Source: an uncultured Nitrososphaerales archaeon | GTDB lineage: Archaea > Thermoproteota > Nitrososphaeria > Nitrososphaerales > Nitrososphaeraceae | Reading direction: 5' to 3' | Assembly: GCA_963713605.1 (NCBI GenBank) | Contig: CAVQMO010000010.1 | Location: 736,001 to 800,000 of the forward strand | Length of the DNA stretch: 64,000 nucleotides | Part shown: positions 12,645-23,219 of the stretch, piece by piece | Layout of the letters: every line of letters begins with the position of its first letter | How positions within the stretch are numbered: position 1 is the stretch's first letter | Position numbers and translations under genes: made by a program | The notes under the pieces: generated by a model | Seen by the model: only the letters and a program-made list of their open reading frames with translations | Databases searched by the model: none | What the model was told of the DNA's origin: nothing

Positions 12645-14547
12645 ATGATAGGGGCAAGGCTATCAAGGCTGAATATTGCCATCCTAGTGATCATAGTCGT
12701 AGTAGGCTTCTTGTCTTCGTCCCTTTCATATCAATACTCTTCCATGACAGCGAACAAGGTAGAAGAATTGGCTTCTGATAATATTAGGTCAAACGCAAGG
12801 ATTACCGCATTTGATCTCTCAAGAATCTTTTATCACACTGTGAATCCAGTTGTCAATAAGTTAGGCGTTTTATCGAGTAATCTTTCAGAAGGATTTGACA
12901 ACCAAAGCATGAACCAAATTCTTCTCAAATTTGCACAGGATTCCACAATGGATTTGACAGAAGGATACTATCTTTTTGATAAGGAAGGACAAATATTGTC
13001 GTGGACCGGCTTAGATCCTAAGAATCTTACTACATTCGGGTCTTCAGACCTGATGGATGAGGAATTTGTTCGAATTCCTCTCGAAACTTCATTACCCTAT
13101 TACAGCAATGTTCTTAACTTTCATGATAGTCAACCAAGGCTCTTGATTTCTTTTCCTATCTTTCGAGGAGGCCCTGAAGTAGGCACCGGAGATTCTGAGA
13201 TATCCAATTCAACTACTTTATCTAATGACCATTCTCCAGTTGGTGTAATAGTTGCGGCTATCAATCTGAATACTGTGGGCGAAATGTTACAGAGAGATTT
13301 GTCTCCCGAAGTAGTAAGTAATGTGGGATTCATGGACCGAGATGGAGTCATTGTATATGCTAGGGAGCCTTCTTTGGTTGGGAAGAATTATCTGTCCCCT
13401 GAATTTCAATCTCTTGTTTCTGAAGAGATAAAGAGTTCTTATAATGCGATCATAAATAACTCGCTAAGGGATAGGAATGGTGGAGTTAACGACATAGAGC
13501 TTCCCAATACAGATTCTATCGTGACTATGGCCTATCAGCCTGTCCGCATAGGCACTGAACATTTGTGGACACTCTACGTGAGTGTACCGCACAGTCTTGC
13601 AACAGAGGTTGGGGTCTTAATAGATCAATTGAGCACATTTAGTACGATAGTGGTGATAACCACAGCATGCGTTGCGGTGTTTATCTCATTCATCGTCCTA
13701 TCCTGGAACAAAAGGTTAGACAACGCAATCAGATCAAGGACAGGTCAATTGAAGGAGATCAATAATTCACTTGGGGAGACCAATCGACGCCTAGCAGTCG
13801 CCAACAAGGCAGCTTAAAATCCATGATAAGATGCAGAAAGAGTTCATAAATGTGGCAGCCCACGAATTGAGGACTCCTATCATGCCTATTCTTGGTGAGG
13901 CACAGTACATTGAACGTCAATTTATGGCATCGAAGCCCTTAGTGGCAGTGGACAATGAACAGGTTGAATCAATCATGCGGAACGCCAGAAGACTAGTAAG
14001 ATTAGCTTCAGACATTTTGGATGTAACCCGCATTGAAAGTAAAAGCCTAAAGCTTAGTAAGGAACCATTTGATCTCGACCTAATTATACATTCAGTCTTG
14101 GAGGATACGAAGAACGCTTTGAGGGCAGACGAAGAGAGAGCAAATCAAGTTCAGCTTCAATACAGATCAACAGGGGCAATTTTAGTTCATGCTGACAAGG
14201 GAAGGATATACCAAGTTATCTATAATCTTCTAGCTAACTCAGTAAAGTTCACGCAAGAGGGATACATACGTGTTGCCGTCGAAAAGAATTCCCATGACAT
14301 TGTACTCAGTGTTACAGACACTGGTAAGGGAATCGATTCCGATATCATGACTAGATTATTTACAAAGTTCTCGACCAAATCGGAGACTGGAACTGGGCTG
14401 GGTCTATTCATATGTAAGAGCATAATAGAAGCTCATGGGGGCAAGATTTGGGCAAAAAATAACATTGATGGAAAAGGTTCAACATTTAGTTTTACACTAG
14501 CTTGTGGTGTTATCGATCCCACAAAACGATTATCTGATAGTCGATGA
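12645..14547 (+). CDS. Membrane sensor histidine kinase with an extracellular Cache-like domain (frameshift near 13808)
   Basis: TM-sensor-TM-coiled coil layout, then H-box EFINVAAHELRTP, N-box NLLANSVKFT and G-boxes DTGKGI and GTGLGLFI. Confidence 0.9.
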
Positions 14548-14655
14548 AGAACGGCGGAAGTAAATAAGCATTGTTTACTGTCTATTCCTTGTTACTTCAT
14601 ACCAGAAATATGACTTTGATGTTGGTAACCATTTAGTACTTTGCTCTAATCTCGT

Positions 14656-14710
14656 TGCATGATCAAGCCAGCAAGAGTGCACAAGTACTTGTGCATGCAT
14701 GATCAAGCCA
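14656..14710. repeat. 15-bp direct repeats flanking an 18-bp perfect palindrome
   Basis: tgcatgatcaagcca at 14656-14670 and 14696-14710, with tgcacaagtacttgtgca at 14678-14695. Confidence 0.85.
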
Positions 14711-14737
14711 ACGCCTCAACATGTACCACCAAACAGT

Positions 14738-15091
14738 TTATCTCGCAACCATTTTCAGAATACTCTCTATAATCTTATTATGGTCTGCATTTACCTCTGT
14801 GGTTACTAGGAGTAGGTGATTTTGTTCTAATGGAACAGTTATTCTCTTGATTTTTTCATATTCGGCCATCGCATACCTTCCTTGTCCTATTTTTGAGGCG
14901 AGGGAATTCCTCAGGGCCCATCTCGCCAATGCCTGCAAATTTGATCGTTTCGTTTCGTCTGGAGACAGGTAATTGGTTATTCCTTCTCTTTGTCCACCAT
15001 ACTTTATCACTCCTGAATCGTCACAGACACCAGCGAACCTCACTCCCGATTCCAAATCAAGAACATCCTTACAGAGTCTGTCAAATTCCAT
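14738..15091 (-). CDS. Roadblock/profilin-like small protein of a family expanded in Nitrososphaerota
   Basis: LCKDVLDLESGVRFAGV...GGQREGI...YAMAEYEKIKRITVPL...LLVTTE. Confidence 0.8.
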   Translation of the reverse strand: MEFDRLCKDVLDLESGVRFAGVCDDSGVIKYGGQREGITNYLSPDETKRSNLQALARWALRNSLASKIGQGRYAMAEYEKIKRITVPLEQNHLLLVTTEVNADHNKIIESILKMVAR

Positions 15092-15403
15092 ATTTATAAC
15101 ATATTAACGTCACGGATCTAATAAGCATTGCCACCACTGGTTAGGCATGATTCTGGATCATACGACATCTAGCCTTTGAGATACTTTTACCAGCACGCAA
15201 CAGTAAATCGAATCTAATGCGACGACTTTTCCTTATCTTCAATTTAGTAAATGTGGCTTTTTTTGATAGTGACGGCCGTCAACTTAAGCTAACGTTGTTA
15301 ATATAAATAACCCTTCTTCATTCTCAACAGAGTATTTCCAGAAGCAAGGGAAACGCTCAAATTGTTTAACAAGCAATTCACAGGAGGAGAACAAAAATAG
15401 TCA

Positions 15404-16222
15404 ATGGTAAGATTCCGGGGTAATGAACGCTTTCTTCACCGGCTAGTTGATAACTCTTACAAGGCATTGGATGATGGAGCATATGATTTCAACACTTCGC
15501 ATCTCAAATCACACGATATTTTAGATCTTAGAAAACGTATAGTCTCTTGTCTATATGTACCTATAATAGGAGAAATAAAATACCGCTCGCCAACACACGG
15601 AGACTTGATAGATAAAAAATTCCAACCTTCAGACATAGCGGAAACGATGATAAATTCTGGAGCAATAGCAATATCAGTCTTGACTCAGCCCTATGAATTC
15701 CACGGATCTATATCCTATCTGTCAGACATTAGGCATAAAATAAATGCTCCCATTCTCATGAAAGATATAATTGTCAGTGATGTACAGGTTAGCATTGCCA
15801 GAAAAATCGGAGCAGATAGCATATTACTTATTAAATCAGTCTTCGACAATAACTTGGCTGAGGGTGATATAGAAGAATACCTAGATTATGCAAATCGGAT
15901 AGGTTTAGAGGTAATCATTGAAGTTCATTCCCAGATAGAATTTGCCGAGTCAATGAAATTAATAGAGGGTTCAAGCAATAATATCCTCGGAATAAACAAT
16001 CGTGACTTGGATACTCTGGATGTGGATACATCAGTAACGTCAGAGATCCTTACTAATCGGAACAAAGGCAAGAATGTGGTCATAAGTGAAAGTGGCATTT
16101 CAGATTCACAAACTATCCGCCAGCTCAGGAAAGTTGGAGCGGATGGTTTTCTAATAGGGGCAGGTCTCATTCAGTCATCAGATATTGGTTATAAGGTGCA
16201 GGAGCTAGTTCAAGCTATCTAA
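15404..16222 (+). CDS. trpC: Indole-3-glycerol phosphate synthase
   Basis: Motifs IIGEIKYRSPTHG, AISVLT, PILMKDII, GADSILLI, LGINNRDL, VISESGI and DGFLIG. Confidence 0.92.
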   Translation: MVRFRGNERFLHRLVDNSYKALDDGAYDFNTSHLKSHDILDLRKRIVSCLYVPIIGEIKYRSPTHGDLIDKKFQPSDIAETMINSGAIAISVLTQPYEFHGSISYLSDIRHKINAPILMKDIIVSDVQVSIARKIGADSILLIKSVFDNNLAEGDIEEYLDYANRIGLEVIIEVHSQIEFAESMKLIEGSSNNILGINNRDLDTLDVDTSVTSEILTNRNKGKNVVISESGISDSQTIRQLRKVGADGFLIGAGLIQSSDIGYKVQELVQAI

Positions 16223-16771
16223 GCCTATGTAGATGCTCAAGTTGCATTCGGGAAATAGCAGATTAATACCAGGTAAACTCTTACTCAAAAATTATAGCAA
16301 AATACTCCACTGGCTAGCCTTAATTCGCAACCTTGTGGCAAGAGCGAACCTCTGTTCAAAAATAATCTTTTTAATTATACCATGTCAGTTCCTCGGCGCC
16401 AATTGGAGTAGGTTAACCCCATCTTGAATATTTGTAGCAAGTCATGTACGTTATCGTTTATGAAGTCGATTGCAGTACTATGCTCTTGCTATCTTCCGGG
16501 GTCAAAGTGAGAGCCGTGATAACATTAGGTGTCACGAAAGATAACTAATTCTCTTACTGCACCTCACGATTAAGATAGTTATACCACAAGCCTCTGATAT
16601 GTTAGGTGACTATAGGAAACCGATTGACTGACATAATGCCCTAATAGCTTAAGTTTTTGGCAATTGCTAGTTTCAGACAGTGTAGATAGTCGATATTTTC
16701 ATCACTCGCGAGCATTCGACGTCTGGAGGTTGAAATCTATGCGAACTGCTACAATAGGATCGGATATTCAG

Positions 16772-16909
16772 CTATGTAAATTCACTAAACCTCTCGTTGA
16801 ACACTTTGCAACCTATCTTCTTGTGAATGTCTACCATCTCCTTTGCATCTCGATCGTCATCAATCTCAAGATGAAATCCACAATTTCTACACACTATCTC
16901 ACTCGACAT
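16772..16909 (-). CDS. 45-aa putative zinc-binding protein
   Basis: MSSEIVCRNCGFHLEIDDDRDAKEMVDIHKKIGCKVF carries a CxxC...H...C pattern. Confidence 0.55.
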   Translation of the reverse strand: MSSEIVCRNCGFHLEIDDDRDAKEMVDIHKKIGCKVFNERFSEFT

Positions 16910-17480
16910 TCCCTTGTGTCCTATTTCTATCTGATTCATAACGAACCTTACTGACATTGTATCTTAAATCCCATTGACAACAAAATTTGAGCCAGAATTG
17001 AGCAAAAAGCTTTCCGGTCGTATTGAATGCCAATTAGTCCTTCTCAGAAGGAGATACATTTGACCGGGAAGGTAGGTGAAAATATTCACAAAGGCGAAGA
17101 TCTCTGGCGAACCAGCATTAATCAAATATTCCCAGGTATTTATAGTGGCTTGTCGTCAATCCCGGTGAACCTTCTTTTGAAATTTTCCGATGAAAAATAC
17201 ATTGAAGGTGATCAATCGAATCGTCCATTTGCAGTAGAGACTTAAGACCATTTACATCTCAAATGTAGAATTCATTGATGATGGCCACTCCCGTGTTGAG
17301 AGTGCTACCCTGACCGACCGTTGCGAATATGTTGAAAGGGTCATCACAGCTTTAGCACGTCGTTTTGTGTTATTTTATTCCATTTACGTTTATCAATCTT
17401 CTTAAGTCAGCCGTAATGTTAGTCGATGCTTGACAAGTCTATGCGGATCATATTTATGTTTAAAAACTCTAACATCTACC

Positions 17481-17903
17481 ATGCCAGAAGTTGTAAAGAA
17501 TATAATGACTCGAGAAGTTATTACTATTGACAACGATAGGAATATCGTGGACGCTGCGAGATTAATGACAAGTAATCAAATAAGCTCATTAATTGTCGAG
17601 AAGAATCACGATGCGATTGGAATTATTTCCGAAAGAGATTTTGTTCGAAAAGTTTGTTCCAAAGACCTCCGCTCCTCAGAGATCTTGGTATCAGAGATAA
17701 TGTCCAACATATCCATAACGGCTGAACCTGATACCCCACTGGAAGTGGCTGTCCAGAGAATGATTAATCACAGGATAAGAAGACTGCCAGTCCTAGAGAA
17801 AGGGAAGATTGTCGGTATTGTGACAGTGACAGACTTAGCAAGAGAATTAAGAAAAGTCGTCCTACAAGAAGGAGTACTTTACGAACTTTTAAATTCGCAA
17901 TAG
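17481..17903 (+). CDS. CBS-pair protein
   Basis: Two CBS repeats (VKNIMTREVITI...GIISERD; VSEIM...IRRLPV...GIVTVTD). Confidence 0.9.
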   Translation: MPEVVKNIMTREVITIDNDRNIVDAARLMTSNQISSLIVEKNHDAIGIISERDFVRKVCSKDLRSSEILVSEIMSNISITAEPDTPLEVAVQRMINHRIRRLPVLEKGKIVGIVTVTDLARELRKVVLQEGVLYELLNSQ

Positions 17904-18566
17904 AAACGACTCTCAAGTATCACGGGTACGCTGCCAGGTTACTCCACAGACTTCCGGGATAATACTACGAATTAAATAATATCAGTGTATGAGGAACCCT
18001 GTTTGTATTAATTGCAACTTCCTAAATATACAAAGGCTTCATGTTTTGGAACTCACGCTGCCCATGTGAGTCTCTAACCATTATCGGATTTATTTACTGA
18101 AAGTTAGATCCATTAAATTCAATCAAACTTTTAACGAATAAAGCCCAATGCAGGACGTTTGTGCTCTATTATTAGGAATTACTCAGCGCTTTTATATATC
18201 TAATAAAAAAAACAACCGGTAAATCGATTTAACTAGGATGACAGTCGTATTCTGAAAAATAGTCGATACAGTATATAGACGTGTACCACGTGCAGTCAAT
18301 TGTATATATACCACTATTAGTATAGACTTCTACGCAATTCTAGAGGATTATCAACCAACGACCATTATTTAGATGTTTCATGCAGGATAGGGGATAACCT
18401 CTTCTTGGTCTTTCATTATTGAAAACATGACTGATGTCTGCACGTCGCATAACGGATGAATTAACAAATATAGGACTAAATTCTTTCATGTGTCAAGCAT
18501 ACAATACATACTCGGTAGATAGTTAAAGTAATAGTAAATAATGGGAATAGACCTGTTACACATTGA

Positions 18567-19829
18567 ATGATGTGGACTGAAAAATACCGACCTCATAGGT
18601 TTGATGACCTAGTGGGAAATCTTGAAGCTCGCTCGCAGATCATAAAATGGCTAGACACCTGGGTCAATGGCAAAAGGCCATTGCTTATCATAGGTCCACC
18701 GGGTGTTGGGAAGACGTCATTTGTCCACATACTATCAACCGATTATGATTACGATTTAATTGAAATGAATGCCAGCGATTCTAGAACTAAAACTTTATTG
18801 GAATCTAGGATCCTTCCAATACTCAATAATACTAGCCTTTATGGTAAACGAATGCTTTTGTTTCTTGACGAGGTAGATGGAATTTATCGAAGGCAAGACA
18901 CGGGGGGAATTGAATTCCTAATTAAGATCCTAAAGGAGCCCACAATACCAATTTTATTGGCATCCAATTCCAAGAACCAACGGATTAAGGAGTTAACTAA
19001 AAATTGCAGAGTAATCGAATTTCATTCAATATCCTTAGACCTGTCTGAAAAACTTTTGGACCAGATTCTGTCTAACGAAGGATTAAACTTTCCTGTATCG
19101 GAAAAAGACTTAATCGTGAAGAGAAGCCATGGAGATATACGTTCTCTACTTAACCTTGCTCAATCTGCACATGCTCAGTACATGGTAGAGAAAGAATACA
19201 TGTCTGAAATAGATATTGGGCCAGCTGTTGACGCATTCTTTGCTGAAACCTCTCTAGAAAATGCGAAGAATATTCTTGCTAGATCAGATTCCCATTACGT
19301 GGACCCCCGGTTCGGGTTATCTCCTGAAGACAGGAGAAGGGATATTCTGTATGCCTTCTTTACAAGTATTATTTCGTCTCGTGCACTAGATATGAAAACA
19401 AAAGCTGGCCTACTTGAGATTTTATCCTCGATTGACGTCTGGATAGGAAGGATATTTCAGAACCGAAATTGGAGATTGTTAAGGTATCTTGATGAGATGC
19501 TTGCAAACAGAATATACAGCCTATCCCGAAGCAGGGCGATAAACTATTCTCAATATAGTTTTCTATGGCCTACTATTATGCAGGCTATTTCAAGAAGTCA
19601 AGGTTTGAAACCTCTATTCCCTATCCTTTCAGATGAGACTCATTCAGGGACCAGTGCATGTGGGTCATTGACCCTGCCTTACTTTATTTACATCCTGTCC
19701 AAGCATGAAAATCTTGAACATATCCTCACGTTACTTGACTTAGACCAAAAACAAGTGTCGGCAATAGCAAAGGAAATGGATGTATTCCAAAAGCGTATGT
19801 CTCGGACGCGCCTTCGCTTACAAGGTTAG
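18567..19829 (+). CDS. rfcL: Replication factor C large subunit
   Basis: WTEKYRP, Walker A GPPGVGKT, EMNASDSR, Walker B LDEVDG and GDIRS. Confidence 0.92.
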   Translation: MMWTEKYRPHRFDDLVGNLEARSQIIKWLDTWVNGKRPLLIIGPPGVGKTSFVHILSTDYDYDLIEMNASDSRTKTLLESRILPILNNTSLYGKRMLLFLDEVDGIYRRQDTGGIEFLIKILKEPTIPILLASNSKNQRIKELTKNCRVIEFHSISLDLSEKLLDQILSNEGLNFPVSEKDLIVKRSHGDIRSLLNLAQSAHAQYMVEKEYMSEIDIGPAVDAFFAETSLENAKNILARSDSHYVDPRFGLSPEDRRRDILYAFFTSIISSRALDMKTKAGLLEILSSIDVWIGRIFQNRNWRLLRYLDEMLANRIYSLSRSRAINYSQYSFLWPTIMQAISRSQGLKPLFPILSDETHSGTSACGSLTLPYFIYILSKHENLEHILTLLDLDQKQVSAIAKEMDVFQKRMSRTRLRLQG

Positions 19830-19947
19830 CGCTGTTAGAAGTAACATTGTTATTCCACTCATTTCTAAACGCGAGCTATGAGGTACGTTTTTCCTCTTAG
19901 CTCTAGTCTCATCTCCAATACGTGATAGAACTACAAAGCAATTCAAT

Positions 19948-21051
19948 CTATGATTGGGGATCGAAGCGAAGTCGAAGGAAATTCTCTAGTTTCCCAATAT
20001 TATATCCTGTCTTGGACGATATAAGCATGAAATGGCAAGTCAGGGGATCAAATGCGTTCAATTTTGTCAGTGTCGTGACAAATGAATCGTAGTCTTTAAT
20101 CTGATCGGCCTTATTGAATAAATAAAGGATCCTGGTTAGTGGAATCATTAGGTCATTCATCACCTTTGTTGAACTTTGTATCTTCTTGTCAATTACTTTC
20201 AGCGGATCACTTCCATCAATAACTAAGAGAGTCAAGTCAGAAAATGTCATCTCATTTAATGTAGATCTAAATGCATCTATCATATAGGGCGGAAGTTTGT
20301 TAATGAAACCAATTGTGTCACTAATAAGTAGTTTCATATTTCTGTTGACTTTAAACGACCGTGTATATGTAGAGAGGGTAGTAAACATTCCTTCTCCTGT
20401 CCGCTTTGTCTCTCCGGTGAGCCTGTTGAATAGCGTCGTTTTTCCAGCAGAAGTGTATCCTGCGATCGAAACCGTTGGAAGCCCTGATTTTCCCCGTTGT
20501 ATTCTGTGCATCTCTCTCTTCTTTTTCTCTTTTTCCAGCTTTTTCTTCAAAAATGAAATTCTCTTCTTAAGATCTAAAGAAAAGACGTCGGCGTCATATT
20601 TACCTAGACCAAAAAATCCTGGCTGCTCACCTAATTTAGCAAGTCTGACTTTATCTTTTATTCTGACTGTTTCATATCTTAGCTCGGCTAATTTCACCTG
20701 AATCGTAGATTCCTTTGTGATTGCCCTTCTCTCAAATATGTCCAGAATTAACCTCTCACGATCCATTACTTCTATTCTGCAGAGGCTGGCAATATTATAC
20801 TGCTGTGACGGTTTCAAGACTTCATCAAATATGATAACATCTGGATTGGAGATTCTAACCATTTCCTGTACTTCAAGAGCCTTTCCATGACCGATTCCAA
20901 ATCTTGATCTCGTTATATTCTTTTGAGTAACTGTTCTCCAAACCTTGTACCCGGCCGCGTCGGCAAGTGCCGTCGCCTCTTCAATAGATCCCGTTTCCGG
21001 GTAGGTGATAAGAATTGCCGATCGGGGGCTATCTATTTTTATCACCTTCAT
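19948..21051 (-). CDS. hflX: GTPase HflX
   Basis: Motifs LILDIFERRA, GYTSAGKTTLFNRLT, FTTL, SDTIGFI, NKAD and ISSKTG. Confidence 0.93.
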   Translation of the reverse strand: MKVIKIDSPRSAILITYPETGSIEEATALADAAGYKVWRTVTQKNITRSRFGIGHGKALEVQEMVRISNPDVIIFDEVLKPSQQYNIASLCRIEVMDRERLILDIFERRAITKESTIQVKLAELRYETVRIKDKVRLAKLGEQPGFFGLGKYDADVFSLDLKKRISFLKKKLEKEKKKREMHRIQRGKSGLPTVSIAGYTSAGKTTLFNRLTGETKRTGEGMFTTLSTYTRSFKVNRNMKLLISDTIGFINKLPPYMIDAFRSTLNEMTFSDLTLLVIDGSDPLKVIDKKIQSSTKVMNDLMIPLTRILYLFNKADQIKDYDSFVTTLTKLNAFDPLTCHFMLISSKTGYNIGKLENFLRLRFDPQS

Positions 21052-21858
21052 TTTAGTTTGATAAAGTAAGAGTTGTTAAAAGTCGTAACATCCTTGGTGA
21101 GATTGCATGGGGCATACAAAGATACCTTCAATTCAGAGGACAGCCTAATGATTTATAAATGTAAGCGGAAGTCCCACAATTAAAATAACTTCGTTTGAAC
21201 CCTGTCTATTCTAGACAATCCCACCCAAATTCGTATATTTGAAATTTTGAGGGTTGAATATACATTAGACTAATAGCATATACTTTTGTACAGGTCCGCT
21301 ACATACTACGAACGTATGTACAGCGGATTTATATATCGCAAACGTTCGCCGAGTCATCAGCAGAGTTGATCTCGTATGGTGTTGCAATGAATGTATCGTG
21401 ACTTCGTCTTTTGACGCTTAATAAGTATGGGAGGTTAAGCTATCGGTCACTGCAACACATGCATGATATGATCTATTTTGAGCATTATTTGGCTGCATAC
21501 TGTTCCCACTAATCGGGAAATAGGTTATAACTTAATAATAAATTCCATTTCCAACGGTCGGTATCAAACTATTAGTCAAGTTCGTTTACGTCAAACCGAA
21601 ACTGATTTCACAGAAATTAGTTTTTCGTTTCCAATCGGAGCTATCTAGAGTTTCGCCATCAAACTAAATACGAACCAGACCTTATCTTAGTTAGGGAAAC
21701 CTTGATAGTACACCTTTAGATTCAAAAATGCCTATCCCAAAGTGAACTGAATTATAGAAACCTATGCAAGCTGATTTAAGGCAATGATCAATTCTAGTCT
21801 GTTGCTATGGTTGGTATCAATTCGTTAAGTTAATGGAATACATCGGTTCGACAATCAA

Positions 21859-22398
21859 TTATCCATATAGTGAATATCTATCCTTCAATATTTGCCTCAA
21901 TTTTCGAGACAATTTTTCACTGACATTTTTTTGCTGATCATTCTTCATGAGGGGGCTAATATTTGAAAACGCAAATGGACCATATGCATAACTTCCTTGT
22001 TGAGACGGTATAACTGGTTCAATTGAATTTAATATATTGACTAAATTGGTCCTTGGTCGTCCGATCGGCTTCACCGTACCTGTTTCGTCGTCAACCGTTC
22101 TCAGCAAAATCTTTAGTATTGAATCTGGGTCGATCTTTCTGTAGCCAAAAGGAGCAGATTCAATCTGTTTATAAACCGTAGTAACGTCCGCATCAACTTT
22201 GGTTCCAATTATAATAGGGACAGGTTTATAAATTGAATCAACTTTAATTTGCCATACCTCATCAAAATTAGAAATTGTTGCATCAAAGAAACCATCGTCA
22301 TGGTTTGAAGGACTAATCAAAAACTTCCAATTTTTAGGATTAGTGCAGTATTTATCAAATAGATATTTTCCCAAATTTCTGTCTTGGAGTATCTCCAT
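21859..22398 (-). CDS. Hypothetical protein
   Basis: 179-aa ATG-started ORF with a TATA-like element upstream and no recognised motif. Confidence 0.75.
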   Translation of the reverse strand: MEILQDRNLGKYLFDKYCTNPKNWKFLISPSNHDDGFFDATISNFDEVWQIKVDSIYKPVPIIIGTKVDADVTTVYKQIESAPFGYRKIDPDSILKILLRTVDDETGTVKPIGRPRTNLVNILNSIEPVIPSQQGSYAYGPFAFSNISPLMKNDQQKNVSEKLSRKLRQILKDRYSLYG

Positions 22399-22484
22399 CT
22401 ATGACACTTCGCCTTGATAGCAATATATGAATTTTGCCACTATTTCAACAGGGAAAGTCCTACGCTTTACCGCAAGCTACTCAT

Positions 22485-22676
22485 TTACGTATCAGTGATT
22501 TGACGCTTATTTCGTATCCGAAGTATGTATGCGACGGCAACTAGAGCTACTAGTATACCCAACATGGCAAAAAAAGTACCCTCATTCTTTACAGTCCCTT
22601 GTGGCAATATATTCAAAGTACTTGCTTTAACAAATGAACAAGATGCTAGTAGCCCAGTCAAACAGAATACTGACAA
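22485..22676 (-). CDS. Small membrane protein
   Basis: A C-terminal TM helix FFAMLGILVALVAVAYIL followed by the basic tail RIRNKR. The start is uncertain. Confidence 0.45.
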   Translation of the reverse strand: MSVFCLTGLLASCSFVKASTLNILPQGTVKNEGTFFAMLGILVALVAVAYILRIRNKRQITDT

Positions 22677-22812
22677 TTGATGAATTTGGACTAGTCAGTA
22701 TTTAAAGTTCTACCCAGTCTGGCAGGTTATCATATTTTGACCCTCAATTTCCTACTTCGGTGACCACTATTACAGGTTATACATTTATTACTTATTCGCC
22801 TTCAGAGGCAAT

Positions 22813-22884
22813 GATGCTAATGATGAAAAGGAAGAGCCGTCTGAGATAAGCCTCAGTGATGTTGATTATGAGTCCTGAAGCATC
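22813..22884 (+). ncRNA. C/D-box 2'-O-methylation guide sRNA with two guides
   Basis: C box ATGATGA (22820-22826), D' CTGA (22841-22844), C' GTGATGT (22856-22862) and D CTGA (22875-22878), with 12-14 nt spacers and a 6-bp terminal stem GATGCT/AGCATC. Confidence 0.85.
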
Positions 22885-23219
22885 CACTCCTAATCAATGA
22901 GCTTCACAATTTTGAGCTTTCAATACTTAGTTAGTTGTAAGTCATGGGAAGGAAGGTGGGATAATGAAGAGAGAAGTGGTGTGAATGATGGTGGTGAGGA
23001 TGCGACCAAGTCCAGAGGGATCGGAACCAGAACAGGAAGGCGGTGGTGGAAGAGAAGACGTGGATGAAGACAATCTTGAGAACGACTATCGATTCAGTTG
23101 TGCTGGCAAATAAAGTACGACCCATGACATTCGCTATTCGACATCACTCTATATCCACTTGAGAAAAAGCTAAACTCGCTTCAATACTTATTTATAGCTA
23201 CATATGGAAGGTAACCCGA

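Noticed and set aside
17274..17315. Second C/D-box sRNA (TGATGA...CTGA)
   Set aside because: No convincing internal D'/C' pair or terminal stem, and I could not assign a target.
17904..18566. Replication origin in the AT-rich gap upstream of rfcL
   Set aside because: No ORB-like repeats recognised and no cdc6/orc1 gene nearby.
22931..23125. Minus-strand His-rich ORF (HPHHHHSHH) as a metal-binding peptide
   Set aside because: Probably a shadow of the purine-rich plus strand (TGGTGG/TGATGG repeats), with no independent support.
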